The notes beneath the pieces are model-generated. The model was given only the letters and a program-made list of their open reading frames with translations, did not search any database and was not told the DNA's origin. This document shows positions 29,555-39,844 of a stretch of 64,000 bases of DNA, one piece after another. The position numbers were made by a program, and so were the translations under genes. Every line of letters begins with the position of its first letter. Position 1 is the stretch's first letter. This stretch comes from an uncultured Candidatus Rokubacteria bacterium (lineage in GTDB: Bacteria > Methylomirabilota > Methylomirabilia > Rokubacteriales > CSP1-6). The stretch is taken from contig CAVVEU010000024.1 of the NCBI GenBank assembly GCA_963747235.1, positions 384,001 through 448,000 on the forward strand, written 5' to 3'.

Positions 29555-31186
29555 CTACTTCGTCGCGCTGAAGCTCTTCGCCTTCTTGAGCTCGGGCCGG
29601 TCGCCCTCGGCTCCCTTGCCGAGGCTCACGAGCCGCCCGTAGTAGGTGCGGGCCTTGTCGCCGTCGCCGGCCAGCTCCGCGGCGCGCGCGGCGCCGTAGA
29701 GGCCCTGGAAGCGGTTCGGCTCCACCCGATGCGAGGCCTCGAACTCCTTGAGCGCCGCCGCCGGCTGCCCCAGGTCGATCAGCATCTCCCCGAGCAGCTC
29801 CCGGGCGGGCTTGATCGACCCCGGCGTCACCGGGTGCTTCTCGGTGGCGTCCTCGGCATCCGCGGAGGCCCGCATGAGCGAGAGGGCCTCCTCGTTCCGG
29901 CCGTCGGCGCGCGCGATCCAGGCCGCGACCGCGAGCCGCTGCACCTCGCTCTGATGCGCCCAGTAGAGATTCTTGGCCGCGGTCAGCGCGTCGCGCAGGG
30001 CCTCGATCCGGGCCAGGTCCTCCCGGGCGCGCGCCGGATTGCCGCTGCGCGCGGCGCCGAGCCCGCGCGCGAACCACACGATGGACTCGGCCTGCGGGAA
30101 GCGATTCCAGGCCAGGTCCGAGGGGGTCGGGGTCAGCGTCGCCGCGTCCGCCCACTGGCCGCGCTCGAGCGCGTAGCGCGCGGGGATGGCGGCGAGGGCG
30201 AACGCGCCCGCGAAGTGGTCCACGTTCAGCTTCCGGGTCGCGCTGACCTCTTCCACCAGCGCCCGCGCCTCGCGGTCGCGGCCGAGCTGCAGGTAGCCGT
30301 ACATCATGTAGTCGGAGGCGTGCAGGCCCTCGTACGAGCGGAGGCCGGACTGCGCCCCGCTCGCGGCCAGGGTGTCCGCGGCGGCCTTGGCGGACGCGCG
30401 ATTGGTATCGATGGACTCCTGCCAGCTCCCCACGCGCGTGAAGATGTGCGACGGCATGTGCAGCGCGTGCGGCGCGGCCGGGGCGATGCCGGCATAGCGC
30501 TTCGCGGCGGGCAGGCCCTTGGCCGCGATGGGCGGGAAGTCGTAGCTGTGGATCAGGTAGTGGGCCACGCCGGGATGATCGGGCTGCTCGGCGAAGACCT
30601 TTTCGAGGATGCCGGCGGCCTTGAGCTGGTTGGCGTAGGTCTTGTCGTTGGGATCGAGCGTGATGTTGAGCGCGAGCGCGTAGAAGACCGCGGCCTCGCG
30701 ATCGGTGGGATTGCGCGCGGCGATCTGCTCCATGGCGCGCTCGTAGGCGAGCGTACGCGTGCGATGGTCCACCCGGTCCGCGTCCTTGTAGATCATCTCG
30801 ATCGCGGCGATGTACTCACGCTCGCGATCGGTCCTGGCGCCCGCCGCCTTCGCCCGGTCGACCGCGGCCGAGCCCTCTTTCAGGCCGCGCGCGCTCGGGG
30901 GGGCGGCCAGCGGGTTGCCCAGCCACGCCATGGCGACGCCCCAATGGGCCATCCCGCAGGCGGGGTCGGCGGCCGCCACCTCCGTGAAGGCGCCCACCGC
31001 GGCGTCCAGGTGAAATGAGTGCAGCAGCGCCACCGCGCGATCGAACTGGGGCTGGACGGCCGGCGCGCAGGATGTCACGAAGCGGACCGTCCCGAGGCGC
31101 TCGGTGGCCTTGCCCTGGGCCGCGGTGGGGCCGGCGGTAAGGGTGGTGAGCCCGATGACGAGAAGTGCTCCGATGGCGGTTCTCAT
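29555..31186 (-). CDS. Secreted TPR-like helical-repeat protein
   Basis: Signal peptide; LGTVRFVTSC..FDRAVALLHSF, HPGVAHYLIHSYD, PHALHMPSHIF; strong RBS. Confidence 0.8.
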   Translation of the reverse strand: MRTAIGALLVIGLTTLTAGPTAAQGKATERLGTVRFVTSCAPAVQPQFDRAVALLHSFHLDAAVGAFTEVAAADPACGMAHWGVAMAWLGNPLAAPPSARGLKEGSAAVDRAKAAGARTDREREYIAAIEMIYKDADRVDHRTRTLAYERAMEQIAARNPTDREAAVFYALALNITLDPNDKTYANQLKAAGILEKVFAEQPDHPGVAHYLIHSYDFPPIAAKGLPAAKRYAGIAPAAPHALHMPSHIFTRVGSWQESIDTNRASAKAAADTLAASGAQSGLRSYEGLHASDYMMYGYLQLGRDREARALVEEVSATRKLNVDHFAGAFALAAIPARYALERGQWADAATLTPTPSDLAWNRFPQAESIVWFARGLGAARSGNPARAREDLARIEALRDALTAAKNLYWAHQSEVQRLAVAAWIARADGRNEEALSLMRASADAEDATEKHPVTPGSIKPARELLGEMLIDLGQPAAALKEFEASHRVEPNRFQGLYGAARAAELAGDGDKARTYYGRLVSLGKGAEGDRPELKKAKSFSATK

Positions 31187-31221
31187 GGTGATCCTCCTTG
31201 AGGAAGCTCTCGCGCACTCCA

Positions 31222-31237
31222 GGCACCAAGTGTGCCA
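31222..31237 (-). promoter_or_regulatory. sigma54-like or palindromic site TGGCAC-ACTTG-GTGCC
   Basis: About 35 nt upstream of the TPR-like gene start; also a GGCAC-N5-GTGCC palindrome. Confidence 0.4.
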
Positions 31238-31352
31238 TGACGGCCGTCGTGCAAGCTCGCGATCCAGATGAGAGGGCGGCCGGGCACCGCGCCGGACGCG
31301 CGGGCAAAGCGCCCGGGCCAGGGTATCGCGCCCGCAATGCTATGCTCTACCC

Positions 31353-32305
31353 GTGGCCGACCTCGTGAACGAATTCTCCTGGTCGCGCACCAGGGACAAT
31401 GTCTTCCAGGACTGCCGCCGACGCTACTACTACCAGTACTACGGCGCCTGGGGCGGCTGGGACGCCGAATCCGACCCACTCGTGCGCCGCCTGTACATCC
31501 TCAAGCAGCTCGCGACCCGCCAGATGTGGGCGGGCCGGCTCGTCCACGAGGCGATCGAGCGCTCCCTGCTGGCCCTGCGCGACGGCCACGGCCTGAGCGA
31601 GGCCTCCCTCATCGAGGACACGGTGCGCCAGATGCGCGAGGAGTGGAAGGGCTCCCGCGCGGGGGTGTACCGGCAGGCGCCGAAGCGGCCCTCGCTGTTC
31701 GAGCACGAGTACGGCGTGGCCATCCGCGACAGCGAGTGGCAGGCCCTGCGCGATCACGTGGTCCGCTGCCTGCGGAACTTCCACCGGCTGCCCGTGCTGA
31801 CCGACATCAAGCAAACCCCGACCGAGCGCTGGGTCTTCATCGAGGACATCGGCTCCTTCCCGTTCGAGGGCACACGCGTGTTCAGCGCGCCCGACTTCGG
31901 CTACTGGAGCCACGCCGACCGGTTGCAGCTCCTGGACTGGAAGACCGGGGGCGGCGGCGAGGGCGCCGGCCTCCAGCTCGGCGGCTACGCCCTCTACGCC
32001 CTCGAGGTGCTGGGCGTCGACCTGGGTCGGGTCGACCTGTTGGAAGTGAACCTCCGCGAGGGCAAGGTGACCAATCATCCGTGGGATGCGACCAGCCTCG
32101 AGCGGGTCCGCGAGCACATCCGGCTCTCGGTGCGCTCCATGAAGGCCTACCTCAAGGATCCCGCGCGCAATCTCGCCGAGGAGTCGGGCTTCGAGAAGAC
32201 GGAGGAGCTGCGCATCTGCCGCTGGTGCAACTTCCGGGCGGTCTGCCGCCCCGAGCTCGCGCCCTTCGTCCCTCTCCCCGGAGGGGAGAGGGTCAGGGTG
32301 AGGGG
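31353..32305 (+). CDS. PD-(D/E)XK nuclease, RecB/Cas4-like with 4-Cys Fe-S signature (3' end uncertain)
   Basis: QDCRRRYY, GRLVHEAIE, APD, LLDWKTG, QLGGYALY, CRWCNFRAVC; TG-n-TATGCT 6 nt before the GTG. Confidence 0.85.
32270..32305 (+). repeat. REP-like palindrome, family A, at the nuclease/HAD junction
   Basis: CCCTCTCCCC-gga-GGGGAGAGGGTCAGGGTGAGGGG. Confidence 0.8.
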
Positions 32306-32310
32306 GCACG

Positions 32311-33010
32311 GTGAAGGCCCTGCTGGTCGGATCTCGACGACACGCTGCTCGACTACTCGGGCGGCGTGGACGAGTGCTGGCTCCACGCCTGCGAGGCGCT
32401 CGCCGGCCCCGCCGGCATCGACCCGCCCGACCTCGTGGCCGCGATCGTCGAGACGCGGCGCTGGTTCTGGAGCGACCCGGGCCGCCACCGGACGGAGCGC
32501 GCCGACATGCTCCGCGCCTGGACGCGCATCACCGCGCACGCGCTCGGCCGGATGGGGCGCGCGGACGAGGCGCTGGCCGGCGGCATCGCCGCGGACTTCG
32601 CCGACCGCCGCTGGGAGCGCATGACGCTCTTCCCCGGCGTCATCCCCGCGCTCGAGGCCCTGCGGGCCCGCGGCGTCCCGCTGGCCATGGTCACCAACGG
32701 GGACGCCTCCCATCAGCGGCGCAAGATCGACCGACACGATCTGGAGCGCTTCTTCGACGTGATCGTCGTGGAAGGGGAGATGGGCGTCGGCAAGCCCGAG
32801 GAGGTCGTCTACCGCTACGCTCTCTCCAAGCTCGGGGTGAAGGCGGAGGAGGCCTGGATGGTCGGAGACAACCTCGAATGGGACGTGCTGGCGCCGCAGC
32901 GTCTCGGCCTCCGCGGCGTCTGGGTGGACGCGCCGGGCCAGGGGCTGCCCAAGTCCTGCTCGGTGGCGCCGCACCGCATCATCCGGGCCTTTCCGGAGCT
33001 GCTCGAATAG
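32311..33010 (+). CDS. HAD family hydrolase (frameshift ~32330)
   Basis: DLDDTLLD, VTNG, GKP, MVGDNLEWDV. Confidence 0.88.
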
Positions 33011-33077
33011 CTTGGGTGGAAAATTCCGGTGTGCAACACTGTGATTCCACATGGATTTTGATTGGAGGGACTCGCCA

Positions 33078-33668
33078 ATGCGCCACCGGATCTTCCTGCC
33101 GCTGCTCCTGGGCTCCGTCATCCTCTCCGCCGGCTGCGCCGCCACTCACCGCGAGTGGGAGGTCTGGCGGGCGCACCCGACGCACTACGCGACCGCCAAC
33201 CACCTGTCCTTCTCGATGGGCAACATGGTGGGCGCCGCGCCCCGGGTCACGCCGGAGATGATGGCCCAGGCCCGGAGCGAGGGCTGGTGGGGACGGAACA
33301 CCCCGTTCGTCGGCCCGCGGGCCGATGTGGCCGGGCGGTGGGAGGGCACCTGGAGCGGTTACGGCATGTCCCGCACGCTGCGGGGCGGCGTGGCGCAGGC
33401 GGTCCTGACGGTCGACGGCTCCACCGGCCAGGGCCGGCTCGTGCTCGTGGACGCGCGCATGGCCGAGGGGGTGCCGCTCTCGCTCCGCGAGAATTCCTCG
33501 TTCGGCTCGCCCATCGAGCTGTCCGTCTCGGAGACGGATATGTGGGTGAACGGCACCGAGCGCGGCCGGCCGTTCGCGGCCACGTTCACGCTGCAGGGGG
33601 ACAAGCTGGTCGGCCAGTTCCTCTACACCAGCTCGCCGGTGCGGATCGAGCTGATGCGCATGCGCTGA
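33078..33668 (+). CDS. Lipoprotein of unknown function (N-domain paralogous to 8653..8913, plus beta-rich C-domain)
   Basis: GGAGG RBS; lipobox LSAGC; EWEVWRAHPTHYA...EGWWG, then DVAGRWEGTW. Confidence 0.78.
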   Translation: MRHRIFLPLLLGSVILSAGCAATHREWEVWRAHPTHYATANHLSFSMGNMVGAAPRVTPEMMAQARSEGWWGRNTPFVGPRADVAGRWEGTWSGYGMSRTLRGGVAQAVLTVDGSTGQGRLVLVDARMAEGVPLSLRENSSFGSPIELSVSETDMWVNGTERGRPFAATFTLQGDKLVGQFLYTSSPVRIELMRMR

Positions 33669-33678
33669 GGCGACGGCC

Positions 33679-34980
33679 TCAGGGTGCGGTAGGCTGGACG
33701 ATGACGGTGCGCAGGACGCCCAGGTAGCGCTGGGCCACGCGCTGCACGTCGGCGGCGGTCACCGCGCGCACCGCCGTCACGTAGCGATCCAGGAACTCGT
33801 AGCCCACCCCGGATTCCTCGTAGGCCGCCAGGTACCACGCCTGGCGGGCGTTCGTCCGGCGGTCCATCGCCAGATTCCCCAGCACGTAGGCCCGGGCCAC
33901 CCGCAGCTCCTCGTCCGAGACGCGCTCGCGCTGCACCCGCTCGAGCTGCGCCCGCAGCGCCGCCTCCGCGCGCGCCACGTTCTCCGGCGCGGTGCCGAGC
34001 TGGGCCAGGAAGTAGCTGTTGTCCACGCGCGCCGGGTAGTGGGCCGCCGTCGTGTAGGCGAGGCCCTGCTTGTCCCGTAGCTCCGAGAAGAACCGGCCCG
34101 CCATGCCGCCGCCCAGCACGGTGGCCAGCACCTTGACCGCCGGATAGTCCGGATCCGTGAGCGCGGGCGCCAGCGCGCCCATCAGGATCTGCGCCTGCGC
34201 GCCGGGCACCACGCGCGCCTCGCGCCACGGGGCCGGCGCGGGAGGCCGCGGCGGAGCCGCCGCCGGCGCGGTCCCCGCGGGCATCGGCCCGAAGAGGCGG
34301 GTGGCCTGCGCCATCACCTCGGCCGTCTTCACGCGGCCGCTCACCGCCAGCACGAGGCCGCCCGGCACGTAGTGCCGCTTGTAGTGGGCGAGGAGCGCGT
34401 TGCGATCGAGCCGCTCGAGGCTGTCCTTGAGGCCGAGCGGATCCCAGGCGTAGGGGTGGCGGCCGAAGACGCGCGCGGTGAGCGCGTCGAGGGCCACGTC
34501 GTAGGGCTTGTCGCCTCGATTGCGGACCTGGCGGATCAGGAAATCGCGCACCGCCCCCACCACGCCGTCCGGCATGGTGGGACGGAGCGCCACGTCGGCC
34601 ACCAGCTCGAGCATCTCCACCCAGTGGCGGGAGAGCGCGGTGGCCGCGACCTCCGAGTAGTCCACGTCGCCGGTGGCCTCGATGCTGCCGCCCATCGCGT
34701 CGGCCGCCTCGACGATCTGACCGCCGTCGCGCGTGGTGGTGCCGCGGACGATCATGAGCTGGACCAGGTTGGAGATGCCCGCGTTGTCGGTGGTCTCCCA
34801 GCGCGTGCCCATGCGGACCATCAGCGAGACGCCGACGACCGGCGCGGTCGGGTTCTCGCGCACCAGCACGGTGAGGCCGTTGGGCAGCCGCGCCCGGCCG
34901 ACCGCGGGGCTCTGGGCCCCCGCGGGCGCCGCGAGCAGCGCGAGGAGGCCGGCCAGCAGGAGCGCGCGCCCGCGCATCAT
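33679..34980 (-). CDS. M16 family peptidase, non-catalytic-type subunit
   Basis: LPNGLTVLV, no HxxEH (NLVQLM instead), RFFSELRDKQGLAY. Confidence 0.88.
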   Translation of the reverse strand: MMRGRALLLAGLLALLAAPAGAQSPAVGRARLPNGLTVLVRENPTAPVVGVSLMVRMGTRWETTDNAGISNLVQLMIVRGTTTRDGGQIVEAADAMGGSIEATGDVDYSEVAATALSRHWVEMLELVADVALRPTMPDGVVGAVRDFLIRQVRNRGDKPYDVALDALTARVFGRHPYAWDPLGLKDSLERLDRNALLAHYKRHYVPGGLVLAVSGRVKTAEVMAQATRLFGPMPAGTAPAAAPPRPPAPAPWREARVVPGAQAQILMGALAPALTDPDYPAVKVLATVLGGGMAGRFFSELRDKQGLAYTTAAHYPARVDNSYFLAQLGTAPENVARAEAALRAQLERVQRERVSDEELRVARAYVLGNLAMDRRTNARQAWYLAAYEESGVGYEFLDRYVTAVRAVTAADVQRVAQRYLGVLRTVIVQPTAP

Positions 34981-36342
34981 CTGGTCCCCGGCTTCGGCAC
35001 GAAGGCCAGCCGCGCGTAGTCGGCGCGCGAGAGATACCGGCGCGCCGCGTCCCGGATCTGCTCGCGGGTGATGCGCCGGAGCCGGTCCACGTAGCGCAGC
35101 TCGGCGTCGAGCGTCCAGGTGGTCTCGGCGAGGCCGTAGGCATACGCCAGGCCCTCCGACGTCTCGGTGTCGAAGGCGTGCTGGGCCTCGAACTTGGTGA
35201 CCGCGAGGCGGCGCTCCTCCTCGGTGGGCCCGCTCTCCTGGATCCGCGCGATCTCCTCCAGGATGATGGCCTCCACCCGCTCCAGGTCCTTGGCCTCGAG
35301 CTCCGCCCGCAGGCTCACGATGCCGCCGCCCATGAGCGCCGAGTAGCTCATGGTCACGGTCGAGACCAGCCGCTCCTTGTCGCGCAGCCGCTGGGCCAGG
35401 CGCGAGCTCTCGGTCCCCGCGAGGATCGTGGTGAGCAGATCCACCGCGTCGCCGTTGACGTCGTCCGAGCGCGGGGCCTGCCAGCCGAGGGCCAGGTGGG
35501 CCTGCTGCTCGTCGCGCTCCACGGTCTTGCGCACCCCGCCGGCGAGCGGCGCGGGCGCGGGCGCCGGGGTCGGCTTGTAGCCGGTGGCCGGCATGCGCCC
35601 GAACGCGCGGTCCACGACGCCGCGCACCGCGACCGGATCCACCGGCCCCGCGACGACCAGCGTCATGTTCTCCGGCACGTAGTAGCGGCGGTTGAAGGCG
35701 CGCAGGCGCTCCTGGGTGGCCGCCTGCATCGTTTGTCTGGTGCCCAGGACGGGCCGTCCGTAGGGATTGCCCGCGAAGACCAGGCCGTAGAGCTGGCGCA
35801 CGATCGCCGAGCGCGGGTTGTCCTGCTCGATGCGCGCTTCCTCGAAGATGACCTCGCGCTCGCGGCCGACCTCGTCGGGGACGAAGCTGGAGCGGAACGC
35901 CATGTCGGCGAGGAGCTCGATGCCCGACGCGGTCGCGTCGCTCGGCAGCACGAGGTAGAACGAGGTGTAGTCGAACGAGGTCACCGCGTTCGAGCGGCCG
36001 CCCACGCCTTCCACCGTGCGGTCCACGTAGCCCGGGCCGAAGCGGTCCGTGCCCTTGAAGAGCATGTGCTCCTGGAAGTGGGCGTAGCCGAGCTGATCGG
36101 GCGCTCTCGTACCGCACCCCGACGCCCACGAAGAGGTAGAGGGCCACGATGTCGGAGGCGCGATGGTCCTGCACGATGAGCCGCATCCCGTTGCGCAGCA
36201 CCTGGCGCGCCGGCGGGGGCAGCTCGGCCTGGGTGGCGTCGGGAGCGGGAGACGCGGAGCGCGCGCCGGAGCCGGCGCAGGCGGAGACGAGCAGGGCGAC
36301 GGCCAGCCACGGCACCGCGCGCCGCGAAGCGGATCGGGTCAC
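34977..36342 (-). CDS. M16 family zinc peptidase, catalytic-type lipoprotein subunit (frameshift ~36095)
   Basis: Lipobox VSAC; HFQEHMLFKG inverted zinc motif; TAGAAT 7 nt before the GTG. Confidence 0.88.
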
Positions 36343-37739
36343 GGACGCGATTCTACTACGCCGGCGCCCTCGACGGGCCGGGTGCCCGTGTCCGGCTCGG
36401 GCCCGAAGGCCCGGATCAGCCGCTCGGTCCGGCTCGGATGCACCGAGATCTGGGTCTCCACCAGGGACGCGGGCACTCGCGAGCGGATGGCGAGCGCGCA
36501 GAGCTGGATCAGCTCCTCCGCGTCGGGCGAGACCATCTGGGCCCCGACGAGGCGCTGCGAGACCTGGTCGAAGACGAGCTTGAAGTAGCCCGCGTCCTCG
36601 CCGGTGGCGGCGCTGTTGCTGCTGCCCCGCGCGTCGTGGCGGGCCACCGCGGCGTGGATGCCGTGCGCGGGCGCCTCGCCATAGGCCACGCCCACCAGGC
36701 CGACCGCGGGGGTGGTGAAGATCACCTGGGGGATCACCGCCTCGTCGGCCCGCTCGGTGTCGCCGCGCAGGGCGTTGGTCGCGGCGATGCGCCCCTCGTG
36801 GGCGGCCACCGTGGTGAGCTGGCGGTTGCCCGCCGCGTCGCCCGCCGCGTAGATGTGCGGGACCGAGGTGGCGAGGTGGGGGGTCGTGCGCAGGCCCAGC
36901 CGGCCCATCTCGAGGCCGATGCGGGCGGCCCCGATGGTCCGCGGGTGGAAGCGGCGCCCCACCGCCGCGCACACGTGCCGGCTCGTCATCTCGTTGGCCA
37001 TCCCGGCGCTGTAGAAGGCGATGCGCACGCCGTCCGCGGTCCGGGCGAGGCCGGTCACGTCGGTCTGGAGCCGGAACGTCACCCCGCGCTCCTCCATGCG
37101 CTTGCGCAGGTTCCGGGCCATGTCCGCGTCGAGACCGGGGAGGATCTCCGCGTCGCGCGCCAGCACCGTGACGCGGGTCCCGAAGTCGTTGAAGGCCCCC
37201 GCCAGCTCGAGCGCCACCGGCCCGGCGCCGATGAAGGTGAGCGAGGCCGGGAAGTCGGGCAGGAAGAGGAGCTGGTCGGAGGTGATGAGCAGCTCGTGTC
37301 CCGGCACGTCGGGGATGACCGGCTGCGAGCCCGCCGCGATGACGAAGCGCTCGGCGCCGAACGGCTGGCCGTTCACCTCGACGATGTGCGGGTCGGTGAA
37401 GCGCGCCACGCCGATCGCCACCCGGATGCCGCGCTTCTCGAGATCGGCGGCGGCGGGGCGGTGCGCGTCCACGATCTCGTTCTGGCGATGCTGGACGGCG
37501 TCCCAGTCGAGCCGGACCGGGCCCGTGAAGGTCCCGAACCCGCCCGCCTCGCGCACCAGCCGGTGCACGCGCCCCGCGGTCACCAGCGCCTTCTTCGGAA
37601 TGCACCCGCGGTTGACGCAGAGCCCGCCGAGGGGGCCGCGGTCCGCGAGGACCACCCGCGCGCCCAGGCCCACCGCGGTCTTGGCGGCCGTGATGCCGGC
37701 GGCGCCGGCGCCGATCACGACGAGATCGAAGCGCTCCAT
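36339..37739 (-). CDS. Pyridine nucleotide-disulfide oxidoreductase, class I (Lpd/glutathione reductase-like)
   Basis: GAGAAG, GGLCVNRGCIPKK redox disulfide, HPSRTE; no C-terminal Cys pair, so not MerA. Confidence 0.88.
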   Translation of the reverse strand: MERFDLVVIGAGAAGITAAKTAVGLGARVVLADRGPLGGLCVNRGCIPKKALVTAGRVHRLVREAGGFGTFTGPVRLDWDAVQHRQNEIVDAHRPAAADLEKRGIRVAIGVARFTDPHIVEVNGQPFGAERFVIAAGSQPVIPDVPGHELLITSDQLLFLPDFPASLTFIGAGPVALELAGAFNDFGTRVTVLARDAEILPGLDADMARNLRKRMEERGVTFRLQTDVTGLARTADGVRIAFYSAGMANEMTSRHVCAAVGRRFHPRTIGAARIGLEMGRLGLRTTPHLATSVPHIYAAGDAAGNRQLTTVAAHEGRIAATNALRGDTERADEAVIPQVIFTTPAVGLVGVAYGEAPAHGIHAAVARHDARGSSNSAATGEDAGYFKLVFDQVSQRLVGAQMVSPDAEELIQLCALAIRSRVPASLVETQISVHPSRTERLIRAFGPEPDTGTRPVEGAGVVESRP

Positions 37740-37752
37740 CGCGCGACTCCGC

Positions 37753-38448
37753 TCAGACGGTGAGGGAGGAGCCGGTGACCGCGGCGGCCCGCTCGGAGAG
37801 CAGGAAGGCCACCACGTGGGCCACGTCCGCGGTGCTGACCCACTCCGAGCGGTCCGCGTCGGGCATGGCGCGGCGATTGCCCGGCGTGTCCATCGTGCTC
37901 GGCAGCACCGCGTTGACCGTGATCCGGTGCTTCTTCACCTCCTGGGCGAGCGCCTGGGTGAGCGTGATCACGCCCGCCTTGGACACGGTGTAGGCGATGA
38001 ACCCGCCCTGCGGCGCGAGCACCGCCCGCGAGGCGATGTTGACGACGCGGCCGCCGCCGCCCGCGATCATGACCGGCAGCACCGCGCGGCAGGCGATGAC
38101 CATGGAGGTGAGGTTGAGCGCCATCATGCGCTCCCACTCCGCCAATGGCGTTCCGAGCAGGTCGCCGCCCGCGAAGCCGCCCACCGCGTTCACGAGGCCG
38201 TCCACCCGGCCGTGCCGGTCGCGCACCACCTGGACGAACTTGCCCATCGCGTCCTCGCGCGTGACGTCGGCGGGCAGGGCGAGCAGGCGCGCGCGCAGCT
38301 CGGGGGCCAGGCGCGACTCGAGCCCCTCGAGCTCCTCGGGCACCGCGTAGGGAATGGCCACCGTCCCGCCGGCCTCGAGCAGGGTGGTGGTGATCGCCTG
38401 CCCGAGCGCGCCGGTGCCGCCGGTGACGACCGCGACCCGGCCGGTCAT
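37753..38448 (-). CDS. SDR family oxidoreductase
   Basis: TGGTGALG, YTVSK, VLPSTMDTPGNR. Confidence 0.9.
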   Translation of the reverse strand: MTGRVAVVTGGTGALGQAITTTLLEAGGTVAIPYAVPEELEGLESRLAPELRARLLALPADVTREDAMGKFVQVVRDRHGRVDGLVNAVGGFAGGDLLGTPLAEWERMMALNLTSMVIACRAVLPVMIAGGGGRVVNIASRAVLAPQGGFIAYTVSKAGVITLTQALAQEVKKHRITVNAVLPSTMDTPGNRRAMPDADRSEWVSTADVAHVVAFLLSERAAAVTGSSLTV

Positions 38449-38756
38449 GGCGCGCGGCGGGCGCGGCGGCCGGCCAGGTCCTCGGCCCGCCGCGCCAGCT
38501 CGAAGTCGAGCGTGGTGATGCCGGCGGCGTCGTGGGTGGCGAGATCGATGACCACGCGGTTGTACACGTTGAACCACTCCGGATGGTGATCGAGCGCGTC
38601 CGCCTCGCGGGCCACGTCGGTCATGAAGGCGAAGGCCTGGGTGAAGTCCGCGAAGGTGAGCTCGCGGTGGAGCTTGCCGCCCTCGAGCCGCCATCCGGGC
38701 AGGGCGGCGAGGCGCTGCGTCACCTCCGCGTCGGCGAGCTTGGTGGGCCGGGCCAT
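38445..38756 (-). CDS. phhB: Pterin-4-alpha-carbinolamine dehydratase
   Basis: DHHPEWFNVYNRV, THDAAGIT..D. Confidence 0.92.
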   Translation of the reverse strand: MARPTKLADAEVTQRLAALPGWRLEGGKLHRELTFADFTQAFAFMTDVAREADALDHHPEWFNVYNRVVIDLATHDAAGITTLDFELARRAEDLAGRRARRAP

Positions 38757-38767
38757 GTCGAGCGCTC

Positions 38768-39676
38768 TCAGCCCGCCGCGGGCGCGCCCATGATGGCGGA
38801 GCGCTGGATGTCCTCGTAGCGCACCTTGGCGACGTCGAAGGCCTCGATGTTCTCGACGAGCTTCTTGAAGGTCTGCTCGAAGCCGGGGAGCGTCTTGCGC
38901 TGGCGCGTCAGCGGGGTGGTGCGCGCGAGGACGAAGTTCTTCACGTAGGGGTGGTTGATGCCGCGCTTCTTGATCCGCGCCACCACCGCGACGAGCGCCT
39001 CGTCGGCGTCGCGCACGAGCGCGGCCCGCTCCTCGCGCTCCTTGAGCGTCTTCGGGAAGTGGCCCTTCAGGAACTTGTCCACCCGCCGCAGGATCGGGGC
39101 GAAGGCGCCGCCCGCGAAGCGCTTGTTCTGCTCGTAGAGCAGCCCGAGCGTGATGAAGTGGGGCGCCTCGAACTGGAAGGTGTAGTCGTCCTCGCCCGAC
39201 TGCGGCTCGTCCTCGACGAGGCCGCGGTACATGCGGATCACCTCGAGGGACTTCTCCTTGAGGTTGTGGGCCTTCTCGGTGTTGAGCGCCAGGATCTGGA
39301 AGGCCACCTCGGGCTCGGGCACCAGGATGGCCGGGATGACCTTGCACTTGAGCTTGGTCAGCACCGTGCGCCGGTGGTTGCCGTTGGGCGTCCAGTAGAC
39401 CCCGGGCCGCGGCGACATCACCACCACCGGATCCACGAAGCGGTCGATCTTCTTGACGACTTCCTGCAGCCGCTTGGCGTGGGTCGGCGAGAGATCGCGC
39501 TGGTAGGGGGTGGGCTCCACCTTCTCGAGCGGCAGGAGGCAGAAGATCTGCCAGTGATCGCCCACCGGCTCGCGATAGATGGCGAGCACCGAGCCGCCGT
39601 CGCGCTCGACCTGGTCGGCCAGCGCCACCACCGCCTTGGCCGGCTCCTCGTCCGGCACCACCCGCCACTTCGCCAT
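38768..39676 (-). CDS. ParB/Sulfiredoxin N-terminal domain protein (no adjacent parA)
   Basis: PTPYQRDLS, PVVV..YWTPNGNHRR, LALNTEK; GATAAT 7 nt before the ATG. Confidence 0.8.
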   Translation of the reverse strand: MAKWRVVPDEEPAKAVVALADQVERDGGSVLAIYREPVGDHWQIFCLLPLEKVEPTPYQRDLSPTHAKRLQEVVKKIDRFVDPVVVMSPRPGVYWTPNGNHRRTVLTKLKCKVIPAILVPEPEVAFQILALNTEKAHNLKEKSLEVIRMYRGLVEDEPQSGEDDYTFQFEAPHFITLGLLYEQNKRFAGGAFAPILRRVDKFLKGHFPKTLKEREERAALVRDADEALVAVVARIKKRGINHPYVKNFVLARTTPLTRQRKTLPGFEQTFKKLVENIEAFDVAKVRYEDIQRSAIMGAPAAG

Positions 39677-39844
39677 GCGGGGGATTATCATCTCTCGCCT
39701 CATGGGGCGCAAGCCGCGCCCACGCCGTCTGCTGCGTTCGCCGGGCGGTCAGTGTCGTGATCGTCTCCGTCAGTCGGTCGACACCGCGGCCAACGCAACC
39801 GACCGATTCTATGTCTCTGTCCGGTGGCCCTGAAGTTGCTGCGT

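Noticed and set aside
36339-37739. Mercuric reductase MerA
   Set aside because: It lacks the C-terminal Cys-Cys pair and there are no mer operon genes.
38768-39676. Plasmid or chromosome partition locus
   Set aside because: No parA or parS-like palindrome is seen, and the context is metabolic.
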